DNA of 43,197 nucleotides, taken from the IMG/VR virus record IMGVR_UViG_3300025653_000069, positions 1 through 43,197 of that record. One strand, written 5' to 3'. A program made the translations under genes and the position numbers. The notes under the pieces were generated by a model that worked only from the letters and a program-made list of their open reading frames with translations, was not told the DNA's origin and ran no database searches. This stretch comes from a virus (taxonomy: Duplodnaviria > Caudoviricetes). Positions 34,565 through 43,197 of the stretch are shown in pieces; the first letter of the stretch is position 1, and every line of letters begins with the position of its first letter.

Positions 34565-36562
34565 TTACGACATGCCGTCGAGACCCACGAAGCCTTGAGC
34601 TTGCAAAGTCTGGAACGACTTGTAGACGTTGGCGATGATGCGAATCACTCCGTTGTTGGCATCAGTGTAAGGATCGACCATGATGTTCACACCTCCCCAT
34701 GTACCCATGACGAGTTGATTTTGATCCATCATGAACAACTCACCACCGGTAACACCGGAAGAGATCACTGTGTCGTAACCGATCACTGAGCGACGCTCTG
34801 CTGGAGTAGCAGCGAACAAGAGTCCAGAGCCGGCATCCAAGCTCAAGGTGCGAGCCTTACGGAAAGCCGTAGCAGAGGCCAAGCAGCGGATGTTTGCCAG
34901 GTCGACATCATCCTTCAACAACTGCTCCTCCAAGTGGAGAGGGTTCATACTTGCCTCGACGAAGTCTTTCAGATCAGCAGTAGGTGATGCCCCGTCGTTG
35001 AAGTTTGCGACAGTCGCAGAGCGGATGTCAGTGATGATGTCCGCGTTGAACTTAGCCTCGACAGCCTTACGGATGTCAGCAGCGATGAAGGCACCCATGT
35101 CGTCAGCAGACTGAGCGAGCATCTGCTCTGTGACCTTAGCATACGCGCTGTAGCGAGTAGGGCTCAAAGTCTTTGGGGTGAAGCCCACGCTGTCAACAGT
35201 AGCAGAGACAGCAGCCATAGCACCGTCAGTTCCCTGCAACTTCTCAGCAGCGATTTCAGCGTTCTGCACCTGGAACACAACGTCTCCGGTGAGGTTAGTC
35301 AAGCTGCGTGCGCCGAGCTGAGTAGCGATATCGTTGGGGCGGAAAGCAGCCACGAGGCCAGCATCCTGCACACCGATCGTACCACCAAAGGCAGTAGCCG
35401 TAGCAGCAGCGGGATCACCGTAAGTACCAGCGTCGACACCCAAGGGAGCGTCGTTACGCAAAACGATAGAAGGAACAGAGAAGCCCCCGCTCACGTTGAT
35501 CTTTGAAGCATTGAACTCGTTGCGAGCTTCAGTGTTCATCTCGGCTTCGAGGCCGGTCAAGCGACCCTGTGCCGCTTCTTTGATTGCCTTGCCAAAGCTG
35601 TAACGCTTTGACACATGCATTTCAGTGTCGCCCAAACCCTGTACGTAGGCCGGGGCTGATTTTGTCTTGTCTGACATTTCTTCAGATTTAGAATTTTGAG
35701 AACGAGCCTCCGGCTCTACATTTTTGTTTCGCAGCCCATAAGCATTTGGTACGAGGTCTGGGTCTGCAATAATTACCTCGGTTTCGACAGCACGCTCTTC
35801 ATCGTCTTCCTCCTCTTCCTCCTCTTCCTCAGCATGATCCATGCGCTCTTCATCACCTTCCTCTTCCTCCTCGTCGCCTTCCGCGTATGCACGGTCGTCT
35901 TTTTCTTCTTCCTCTTCTTCAGAACGCTGAACAGCGGGGATCACATTATTGCCTTCGCAACCGCAATCTTCTGAGTCGGATGAAGCTTCTTCCACGACGA
36001 GCTCCTCTTCGCGAACTTCTTCTTGTTCAATAGACATTACTTCTTCGTTTGCGAGAGCCAGCTCCATAGAACGGAGTCCGACCTCTGTTGTAGGGTACGC
36101 ACCTTGCGTCGTTGGGCTGACGTCGAAAAGCAATCCTACCTCGGTGATGGTGCGCAAGTTGAGACCGTCATCACGACGTTCCCACTCGTCACCACGTACC
36201 GTGAAGCCGAAGCTGCTAGTCGACACATTGCCCATGCGGATGTTCTCCGCAAGATCTTTGGCGTAGCTCTGGTTGCCAAGCTCGAAGCGATACTTGAGTC
36301 CCCGTTCATCAACCTCAAGCAACAAGCCGCGACCCACGCGAGCGAGTGGCTGGTCAATGTTGTGGTTGAACAGAGCTACGGTATTACTCATGTCCGCCCC
36401 GTCAAAAGCTCCTGGAGCCACGCGCTCAGCGAAGTGCCCCCCGATCTCGGTCTCTTCATTGAAGACGGCAGCGTAGCCTTCGACTACGTTTTCTTTGCCT
36501 TCTACAGTCCGGACCTCAACGCTGGAGGACAGGAATCGCTTCTCTACGTTTTTCTGTGCCAT
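34565..36562 (-). CDS. Prohead protease (HK97 gp4-like) fused to the major capsid protein
   Basis: GYAAVFN, LFNH, SSFGF, DVSP...AYP protease motifs; poly-E linker; HK97-type capsid C-terminal half (GGFSVP, VDPYT). Confidence 0.88.
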   Translation of the reverse strand: MAQKNVEKRFLSSSVEVRTVEGKENVVEGYAAVFNEETEIGGHFAERVAPGAFDGADMSNTVALFNHNIDQPLARVGRGLLLEVDERGLKYRFELGNQSYAKDLAENIRMGNVSTSSFGFTVRGDEWERRDDGLNLRTITEVGLLFDVSPTTQGAYPTTEVGLRSMELALANEEVMSIEQEEVREEELVVEEASSDSEDCGCEGNNVIPAVQRSEEEEEEKDDRAYAEGDEEEEEGDEERMDHAEEEEEEEEDDEERAVETEVIIADPDLVPNAYGLRNKNVEPEARSQNSKSEEMSDKTKSAPAYVQGLGDTEMHVSKRYSFGKAIKEAAQGRLTGLEAEMNTEARNEFNASKINVSGGFSVPSIVLRNDAPLGVDAGTYGDPAAATATAFGGTIGVQDAGLVAAFRPNDIATQLGARSLTNLTGDVVFQVQNAEIAAEKLQGTDGAMAAVSATVDSVGFTPKTLSPTRYSAYAKVTEQMLAQSADDMGAFIAADIRKAVEAKFNADIITDIRSATVANFNDGASPTADLKDFVEASMNPLHLEEQLLKDDVDLANIRCLASATAFRKARTLSLDAGSGLLFAATPAERRSVIGYDTVISSGVTGGELFMMDQNQLVMGTWGGVNIMVDPYTDANNGVIRIIANVYKSFQTLQAQGFVGLDGMS

Positions 36563-36569
36563 TGTTGGG

Positions 36570-37352
36570 TTATTTGCTACTCAGTGGATGGCCGCTAGGG
36601 AACAAGTCCGTGTCGTGCTTTCCACTGCGAAACTTTTCATTTCTAAGGGCATACAGGAATGAGTTCACACGAGCGTATGCCCACTGCTCGGGTGACTTTA
36701 CGTTTGGCCGGACGGAACCCGGATTGGTCTTGTAGGCTCCTACGCCACGCTTGAAGACAGCGGTAAGGGTGCGGAGGTTCGTCTTCTTAGTAGGGGCTGT
36801 GACCTTCTCATTGTGGTCGTCCACCTTCTTTTGCAAGCCCTTCTTTACGTCCCCTGTGATTTCAGACCTCTCGTTACCCTGTGCGTCAGCATGTGTGCTG
36901 CAAGCCATATAGACCGTCTGCCCCTCAAGCTCGTGCTCGTGAAAGCCGCTACATCCGATAGACTCGGCGTGAGCCAGGGCCGCCTCTGGAGAGTCAAAGA
37001 CTGGAGCGCCGTCTACCTCGCCCACCTTCTTTCGGCCCTCTACCTTATTGATAACGCCACTGCACCAACTACGCATGGAGGTACCTCCCCAAGCAGCGTA
37101 CATGACGCTGCCGCAAATCTCTTTGCCATTATCGTCGGTGAACTTACCCTGATTGTAAGTCTCTGCACGAGAGAGGAATGAGAAGGTACGCTTCACCGTA
37201 GACAGGCTAAGCTTTTCTCCGGACGCGATCTGATTGGCTCGCTGCCACCCGACGGGCGTTCCACACTTGCTACCGTTCTTGTCACGGTGGCGCAAGGCAC
37301 GCCGAGCGGCTGCCTTTGCTGTGTCTGGATATCCGCCGTAGGTCTTAGCCAT
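36570..37352 (-). CDS. Head-module hypothetical protein
   Basis: CGTPVGWQRANQIA, AAWGG, GCSGFHEH and WAYARVN segments; between portal and capsid genes. Confidence 0.75.
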   Translation of the reverse strand: MAKTYGGYPDTAKAAARRALRHRDKNGSKCGTPVGWQRANQIASGEKLSLSTVKRTFSFLSRAETYNQGKFTDDNGKEICGSVMYAAWGGTSMRSWCSGVINKVEGRKKVGEVDGAPVFDSPEAALAHAESIGCSGFHEHELEGQTVYMACSTHADAQGNERSEITGDVKKGLQKKVDDHNEKVTAPTKKTNLRTLTAVFKRGVGAYKTNPGSVRPNVKSPEQWAYARVNSFLYALRNEKFRSGKHDTDLFPSGHPLSSK

Positions 37353-37762
37353 TAAGACAAGTTCTTAGCTGTAAGATTAGCCGCCGCCGCAGCAGACACT
37401 TCGCTGTATCCGCACTCATGGCGATAGATATCCTTACCGATCTTTTGAGACCAAGCACCCTCAGAAGCCACGGTCGGGTCGTCGCCGTCAATACCGCCCC
37501 AACAGCCAAAAGCAGCCAAGTACCAGGCGCTAGTACCACCAAGGTCAATGTCTTTCAGGTGAGGAAAACCATTTACCGGAGCGTCAGCAACGAGGGCTGC
37601 AAAAAATTCAGCGAACGCGGCAGTAGAGTCGTCTTGGCTTGCCGTGTAAGTAAATTCGTAAGCAGGACGAAATGGAGTGGTACGAGTCTTAGACCCTGTG
37701 TTCGTTGTGCTGTGCTCTTCACGGCAACCAACGATCTTGTAGTGATAGTAAAAATCAGCCAT
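37352..37762 (-). CDS. Hypothetical protein
   Basis: Coupled to the portal gene and the next gene. Confidence 0.7.
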   Translation of the reverse strand: MADFYYHYKIVGCREEHSTTNTGSKTRTTPFRPAYEFTYTASQDDSTAAFAEFFAALVADAPVNGFPHLKDIDLGGTSAWYLAAFGCWGGIDGDDPTVASEGAWSQKIGKDIYRHECGYSEVSAAAAANLTAKNLS

Positions 37763-38984
37763 TGATTTCTTTTGTTGAGTTAGTTACCGAGTCTGCAAAG
37801 TCTTGCATTCGGTCAAGTGGAATCATGTTGACCTGGATGTGGTGAGAATCGCCTCCATCAACCGGGCCAAGTCCCTCCTTGCTGCGCACCTCATTGATCG
37901 ACATAACTCCGTCTTGGAGCAGGGAGTGATAGAACTTTGCTCTTGATTCGCTATCCGCGCGTAGCAGGGTGTCGACATTAAACTGACATTGAAGGGTTTC
38001 GTCCTCCTTCAAAAGCTTGCGTTCGACTTCATTTTCAATCCGACGAACCCAAGGGAGGATGGTGCTTTGCTGGAACTGGAGTACCTGCTGCTCATAGTTG
38101 CTGTAGGCAGTGTTGCCCTCCAAGCCAATCATTGCAGGAGGCACAGAGTAGATACGCGCGATCTCTTCTGTACTGTACTTCTTCATCTGCAAAAACTGGA
38201 TCTGGTCCAGGGATACCGAAAGTGGTTGGTATTGAAAGCCTCCGCCAAGGATGGCGATTTTATGAGCGTTGTGTTTACCCATGTATTCTCGCTCCCACAT
38301 CTCCTGCGCTTGCTGCATCTGCTCTGCGCTCATGTGTTCCTTGGTTGAAAGGATACCGCCCATCATGCCCCCGTTCTCAAAGAACTTGGAGCCGAAGTCT
38401 TGTACAGCCTTGGCGGTAGTGAAGTTCTGGATCTGCATGTGCGTGGGGTTGATTCCACGGAATGCGTTAATCTCCAGCATGTCTCGCTGATGCACCGCGT
38501 TAGGTGCGCCGTCGTATGTGTAGTACTTCTCCCCTGTCTCTGGGTGAATGGTGTGACTCACCCGGACAGCAGGAATGTAGAAAAGCTCCATGTTGCCGGG
38601 AGCCCTGCTGATGTAAGCGTAGCCCGTACCATGAAGCAAAGCATCGGAACACAAAAGCTGCCAGAACTCGTAGGCGCCCAGGTACTGATTGGGCTCACGA
38701 GAGATCAGTCGGTGGACTGGGTGCGAGGCAAGCTTGTCTCTTGTTCCGTCCGGAGATACTTTAACCACCGAGGCTTCAAGACTGGCAATAGTGTCGGCGA
38801 TTTTGCTGACGCACGCATAGACGGCAGACAGTTCGAGCGCGTCCGTTCCAAACTTGTAACCCTCACCATACAACCGAACATACTGTGTGCGTAGTGCTGC
38901 TGTAGGTGAAACAAAAGTGGAACGTGAAGTGACGGTACGAAACAGTCGGGTGAAGATGCTAGGCGTAGATGCTCCTTCAGACAT
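37755..38984 (-). CDS. Portal protein, HK97 family
   Basis: AVYACVSKIA, FFENGG, EIARIYSVPP, MSINEVRSKEGL. Confidence 0.93.
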   Translation of the reverse strand: MSEGASTPSIFTRLFRTVTSRSTFVSPTAALRTQYVRLYGEGYKFGTDALELSAVYACVSKIADTIASLEASVVKVSPDGTRDKLASHPVHRLISREPNQYLGAYEFWQLLCSDALLHGTGYAYISRAPGNMELFYIPAVRVSHTIHPETGEKYYTYDGAPNAVHQRDMLEINAFRGINPTHMQIQNFTTAKAVQDFGSKFFENGGMMGGILSTKEHMSAEQMQQAQEMWEREYMGKHNAHKIAILGGGFQYQPLSVSLDQIQFLQMKKYSTEEIARIYSVPPAMIGLEGNTAYSNYEQQVLQFQQSTILPWVRRIENEVERKLLKEDETLQCQFNVDTLLRADSESRAKFYHSLLQDGVMSINEVRSKEGLGPVDGGDSHHIQVNMIPLDRMQDFADSVTNSTKEING

Positions 38985-39025
38985 TAGCACGAAAGTATGA
39001 TGGGTTAGGTGAGGAAATTATCATG

Positions 39026-40780
39026 TCACACGTTGTTGCCTATAACGGCCATAAAGAACTCAAAGTCACTGTTCTCTTCCTCGACAAAAGTGAGTGCTTC
39101 ACCGATAGCCATAATAGCCGCAACCACCCCGTCAATCTTGTCGCCACTCTTGGACTTGTCCGGCTTGATGTTGCCACTGGCGTCATACCTCAAGCTGACG
39201 TTGCCCATCATCCACCGTAGAACCTCGTCGCCCCCATGACATACCTTTCCCTGGAGGACACACTTCTCAAACTCCTTAGAGGGAAACGACATGGAGGCAA
39301 AGCCCTGACCAAAGGGATCGCAAGGAACACCATCACCCTCCAAGTCACGGATGAGGTTCAATGAGTTCCAGCGGTCATAAGCCACACCCTTAACGAGATA
39401 CTTCTCCATAAGGTTGCGCTCGTCGTACTTTACTTCCCCGTCCTCAATGTAGTGACCACTGATAAGTCTACGGATCACATTGTAGTCCGTGACGTTGCCC
39501 GGAGTTAGGTGGACGTGGGGGTCATCCTTGAAACCCAAGTACACGCTATTCTCATCTTTATCTAATCGTCGCTCCACCGCCCTTTCAGGCATGAAGTAGT
39601 GCATGTCAAAACCCCAGCCCAATTCATCATTGCCGGTACACACAGCCAGTGCTGTAACGTCATCTGTCGAAGCGAGATCGAGTCCCAAATACGCGACGGG
39701 CTTGCTCGCTTTCTCGTCTATGACGTGAGTAACGTGAGGCTCGCGACAGTTGGCTTCGCTCATCCAATCGTCGTCTGGAATCCATACGGCCTCTGATCCG
39801 ACGAACACATTCAAGTGCTTTACCATAAACTCTGTGATAGAACGGCTGCCGTACAGCTTCGCGTTTTTGCATTGCGCCTCTAAATACTCTTTGCTAATTG
39901 AGACCGAAAGGTTCGGATTCGATTTTAACCATGAGTCGTAATCGTCCCACGCATCCTCCTCGTCTATCTCGTAAGGCAAGATCAACAGTCGGTCGTTGGA
40001 CTTGACTCCTTCTAACACGGCCTTACCTGCTTTCATGAACATGGCGCATGGACCGTCCGCTACAAAGCCAGCCGTAGTAATAGCCAGCATCAAAGGTGAT
40101 TGTCGCGAACCCATAGAGGAAGCCAGGACTCGGTAGAGGTCTGCTGTCTTCATCGCATGGAACTCGTCCACCACGGCCAGATTCAGATTGAGACCGTCAA
40201 GGGTATTCGCGTCAGAACTGAGTGGCTTGATAACACCATTGCGAGGAGTCTTAACCTCCGATCGCTGTACCGTAAAACGCTTCGACAAAGCAGTGCTGCT
40301 CTTCACGCATCGACATATCTCGTCAAACACCTCCTTAGCCTGATCCCTTTTAGTAGCTGCCGTAACGAGCTGCGGGGCTCCGTCGCCATCAAGGGTAGCC
40401 ATCGCTAAGGCTATAGCTGCTGCGAGCTGAGACTTACCGTTCTTACGTGCCACGAACAAGTGAGCAGTATTGAATCGCCTATGACCTGAATGTCTGCTCA
40501 CCCACCCGAATATCTGGCCGACAAAGAAAACCTGCCAAGGCTCTAACAGAAAGCGCTTGCCCGCCATTTCACCACGGGTGTGTACACAGACTCGCTCGAT
40601 AAAGTTCAAGTAGCGTGCAGCTTCGTAAGCATCGAACTTCCACTCCCACTCCTCGTTATCCAGGTCAGAAACAAATCGCTCCGCAGCAAGCTTGATGTAT
40701 TTACCCGTAGGTACGTCACCACTCATGACACCATGAGCGTAGTCAAACATCTTAATTACCACAGAAGCGTCTACCGACAT
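39026..40780 (-). CDS. terL: Terminase large subunit
   Basis: LEPWQ; VARKNGKS (Walker A); VVDEFH (Walker B); GLDLAST; KIDGVVA. Confidence 0.95.
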   Translation of the reverse strand: MSVDASVVIKMFDYAHGVMSGDVPTGKYIKLAAERFVSDLDNEEWEWKFDAYEAARYLNFIERVCVHTRGEMAGKRFLLEPWQVFFVGQIFGWVSRHSGHRRFNTAHLFVARKNGKSQLAAAIALAMATLDGDGAPQLVTAATKRDQAKEVFDEICRCVKSSTALSKRFTVQRSEVKTPRNGVIKPLSSDANTLDGLNLNLAVVDEFHAMKTADLYRVLASSMGSRQSPLMLAITTAGFVADGPCAMFMKAGKAVLEGVKSNDRLLILPYEIDEEDAWDDYDSWLKSNPNLSVSISKEYLEAQCKNAKLYGSRSITEFMVKHLNVFVGSEAVWIPDDDWMSEANCREPHVTHVIDEKASKPVAYLGLDLASTDDVTALAVCTGNDELGWGFDMHYFMPERAVERRLDKDENSVYLGFKDDPHVHLTPGNVTDYNVIRRLISGHYIEDGEVKYDERNLMEKYLVKGVAYDRWNSLNLIRDLEGDGVPCDPFGQGFASMSFPSKEFEKCVLQGKVCHGGDEVLRWMMGNVSLRYDASGNIKPDKSKSGDKIDGVVAAIMAIGEALTFVEEENSDFEFFMAVIGNNV

Positions 40781-41262
40781 TAGATCAAATCATCAATCTC
40801 GTCTCCCTCCTGAGACTTGTCATTCGCGTTACTGGCGTTGGCCGCTGCACCTAGGATACGGCTGCGGTCCATTGGACTGAGTCCCAGCTTGGCACTGAGC
40901 TTGAGCACTTGATCCTGAGCCTTCGACAAGGCGGTAAACGCCCCAGAAACATTTGATGTCCCGTTCGGGTAAACCTGGATAGCGTCTCCAAACCCATGCA
41001 CATGACGAGCGACAGCGATATAGATTGCAAGGCTTTTCGCAAGCATAGTGACGGTGATAACATCAACTGATTCGATTAGACCCCGGTCGTTGAGGTAGTT
41101 CACTACAATGTCAAAGAGGCGGTTGCCGTCATCATCTAACTGGAAGATGGGTTTGAGATCCTTGGCGCCGATCTTATTGATGGCGTCCTTCACCTCATCC
41201 CCTTCCTTGCTGTTGCTAAGCTGCTCCACGGCAGCCTTCATGCGATCTAGTGTGTCTGACAT
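40780..41262 (-). CDS. terS: Terminase small subunit (P27-like)
   Basis: KLGLSPMDRSRI; directly upstream of terL. Confidence 0.85.
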   Translation of the reverse strand: MSDTLDRMKAAVEQLSNSKEGDEVKDAINKIGAKDLKPIFQLDDDGNRLFDIVVNYLNDRGLIESVDVITVTMLAKSLAIYIAVARHVHGFGDAIQVYPNGTSNVSGAFTALSKAQDQVLKLSAKLGLSPMDRSRILGAAANASNANDKSQEGDEIDDLI

Positions 41263-41687
41263 TAGATAAAGATTAGACAAACCACGCGAACCCCCTGATG
41301 AGGGTCCACCATGTGTTCCGTTTTAGAGTCATGCCACACCAGTTGGCAGAAGTCCGGTTCGAGATCCTCGTCCCTGTAGTGAAAAGTGCCTCCCACATAT
41401 TCGTAGTCTCTACTGAGCATGATACTGCACCCGTAAGTACACCAAGGCATGTGGTTATTGGATCCGGTGTCAACATGCCATCCGTGGCCCTTGTATATGT
41501 GCTCAATGCGCAGGTAAGACTTATCGTGAATTTTGAGATCTGGGATATGCCCCTTCAGTCTCTCTACAATCAAGCTGCTTATTCCGCCATCAGGTAAGTC
41601 GTGAATTTTGACAGATTTATTCTGACGTAAGGAACGAAGTTGATTAGCTTCTTCCGGGGTGACAAACTCCTTAACTATTCCTTTCAT
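41262..41687 (-). CDS. 2OG-Fe(II) oxygenase
   Basis: WHVD...YVGGTF...HMVDP..GVR (HxD...H...R). Confidence 0.8.
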   Translation of the reverse strand: MKGIVKEFVTPEEANQLRSLRQNKSVKIHDLPDGGISSLIVERLKGHIPDLKIHDKSYLRIEHIYKGHGWHVDTGSNNHMPWCTYGCSIMLSRDYEYVGGTFHYRDEDLEPDFCQLVWHDSKTEHMVDPHQGVRVVCLIFI

Positions 41688-42472
41688 CAGTCGTGCAATC
41701 CGTGATAACCAAAGATGTGCCAACCGGTAGTGGTTGGGTCTGTTTTGACGGCCACAATACTTACCGCACTGTTCGCGCGATTCAGGTCATAGGTGCCGCC
41801 GTCATCAATGCGCTCTGCGCCCTGTGCGGTGAGCTGGACCTTAGTATTGTTGTCTACGTTACTGCCAATAAGGATGGTGTAGATCTTGCCAAGGTTGTTT
41901 TCCGCGCGAGGGAGATTGACCGTGTGAGTGTCACTACCGCTACTTGATAGGAAGTCGAAATAGTAGACCTGCTCAGTCGTAGAAAGGTCGGTGTCTGCTT
42001 GCGAGCTCACCTTGTAGTCGTAGACAATCTTCATCCTGTCATAGCCCTGGAAGGCCGGGCTCAGGAATACTGTGTCTGTGGAGCTCACCCCGGTGTTCAT
42101 TTCCCATGTTGCCGAGACGTAGCCTTGGTGGATGTTGTCTACGTCAACGAAGTACCGCTCGTCAAAGATCCTGATGCGAAAGTTTTGACTACTGGCCGCA
42201 AGCATGGCGAGCTTCACCTGATCGTGGATGGCGGTACACTTCTGCGCGCTGTCCTCAAAAACGGTGATGTCGACACGGTAGGTGGTGGCCGCAGCATAGC
42301 TCTGCGTCACCGGCTCGTAGTCTACGTTTCCAAGCGAGACCGTAAGGCCAGGCAGTTGGTCGCGTTGTGGACGGCGGGCGAAGGTGATCTTGTTTGCAGG
42401 GATAAGGTCGGTGAGACCGGAGTACCCCGTGAGGGCGCTGCGTACTTCGCGCAGCAAAGTGCTCATACTCAT
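41687..42472 (-). CDS. Tail terminator-like (DUF3168/gp17-like) protein with a C-terminal fibre-like domain
   Basis: N-terminal half LTDLIPANKI..RRPQ...RVDITVF; C-terminal half TVNLP...GKIYTI...IDDG...VSIV...WHI. Confidence 0.6.
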   Translation of the reverse strand: MSMSTLLREVRSALTGYSGLTDLIPANKITFARRPQRDQLPGLTVSLGNVDYEPVTQSYAAATTYRVDITVFEDSAQKCTAIHDQVKLAMLAASSQNFRIRIFDERYFVDVDNIHQGYVSATWEMNTGVSSTDTVFLSPAFQGYDRMKIVYDYKVSSQADTDLSTTEQVYYFDFLSSSGSDTHTVNLPRAENNLGKIYTILIGSNVDNNTKVQLTAQGAERIDDGGTYDLNRANSAVSIVAVKTDPTTTGWHIFGYHGLHD

Positions 42473-42897
42473 GTTCGAGTAATTTTTCTAAAGTGCTTAC
42501 GACGGAGGTAGTCCTCCCATTCCTTCTGGGTTTCAAAATACACACCCTTGGCCGAGTAGCTGGCTCGCCTCACGTTGCAAGAGCGGCAACTGCCGACGAT
42601 GTTTTCCTGATCGAAGAATTCTGATCGAGACGACAAACGTGAAGAGGGGATGATGTGGTCAGCGTCCGTTGCTTCAGTAGCGATGCCACATGCCAAGCAC
42701 CACACGCAGAGAGGATCATTGAACAGAACCGCATCCCGAGTCGCTTGCCACTCCGCTGTCTTGTACAGAGGGTTGGTCACTGAGGACTCGCTACCCTTAA
42801 AAGGTTTCTGTAACGAATCGTCTTCGCGGCTTCGCACAGAGCGACCCTTCTTCTCAGCCATCCATGGCTTTTTCCGAGCGCGTCTTTTGAGATCCAT
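42469..42897 (-). CDS. HNH endonuclease (packaging-associated, HK97 gp74-like)
   Basis: YKTAEW..R...PLCVWC...DHIIP...N...CRSCN. Confidence 0.88.
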   Translation of the reverse strand: MDLKRRARKKPWMAEKKGRSVRSREDDSLQKPFKGSESSVTNPLYKTAEWQATRDAVLFNDPLCVWCLACGIATEATDADHIIPSSRLSSRSEFFDQENIVGSCRSCNVRRASYSAKGVYFETQKEWEDYLRRKHFRKITRT

Positions 42898-42909
42898 ACC
42901 GCAATGATA

Positions 42910-43150
42910 TGACCGGTGATGTGAGCGGTGAGATGGAGAGGAAGAATCGCAAAAGTTTTTTCCGAGCGATGAGCCTTTGTCACGGGAATGTCAGCAACGA
43001 CGGGGCTTCCAACTCCTACCCCCCCTACACAGAATAAACTTTTAGAAAACTATCTCTCCATCTCTCCGAGATCGGGTCTACCCCAGTGTTTGCGGGCCTT
43101 ACAGCCGGAGAGATAGCGGTGAGGAACGGTGATATAGGGTGAGGAACGCC
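42910..43150. repeat. Right-end direct and inverted repeats
   Basis: CTATCTCTCC (43050-43059) and GGAGAGATAG (43107-43116) inverted; GGTGAGGAAC twice; several CGGTGA units. Confidence 0.6.
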
Positions 43151-43197
43151 CGAATTGACCCCCCCTGCCCAAATTTCAAGATAGTTTGCGATTGATA

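Noticed and set aside
1-43197. Prophage/temperate module, DGR or retron
   Set aside because: No integrase, host flanks, reverse transcriptase or TR/VR pair recognised

Overview
This window looks like an essentially complete ~43 kb tailed dsDNA phage genome (siphovirus-like, HK97-type head). The host is very probably Bacteroidota, based on SD-less AT-rich start regions and two phage proteins carrying type IX secretion C-terminal signals. Layout: (1) an AT-rich, repeat-dense left end (1-1100); (2) a + strand early/middle arm (1105-16813) of about 43 mostly small unknown genes, including a ParB/DGQHR protein, a putative ssDNA-annealing protein, an SSB, an SF3 helicase and a metallophosphoesterase; (3) a convergent - strand late arm (42897-16895) running HNH, a displaced tail-terminator-like gene, 2OG-Fe(II) oxygenase, terS, terL, portal, protease-capsid fusion, neck, three tandem tail-tube paralogues, frameshifted chaperones, tape measure, tail/fibre proteins, two T9SS-type secreted proteins, holin, amidase and VRR-NUC. 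I recognise no integrase, DNA polymerase, primase or cas gene. Most striking unexplained structure: a 16-bp palindrome (TTCTAYYYRRGTAGAA) in 14 copies, mostly abutting the stop codons of early genes and followed by a shared translation-start leader. Its variants preserve an RNA hairpin in the sense strand, and it resembles the Cas12a crRNA handle. Also notable are a structured intergenic RNA region (2425-2550) with an anticodon-less mini-tRNA and a duplicated double hairpin, and the phage-encoded T9SS cargo proteins. All functional calls come from motif recognition by eye; no database search was run.
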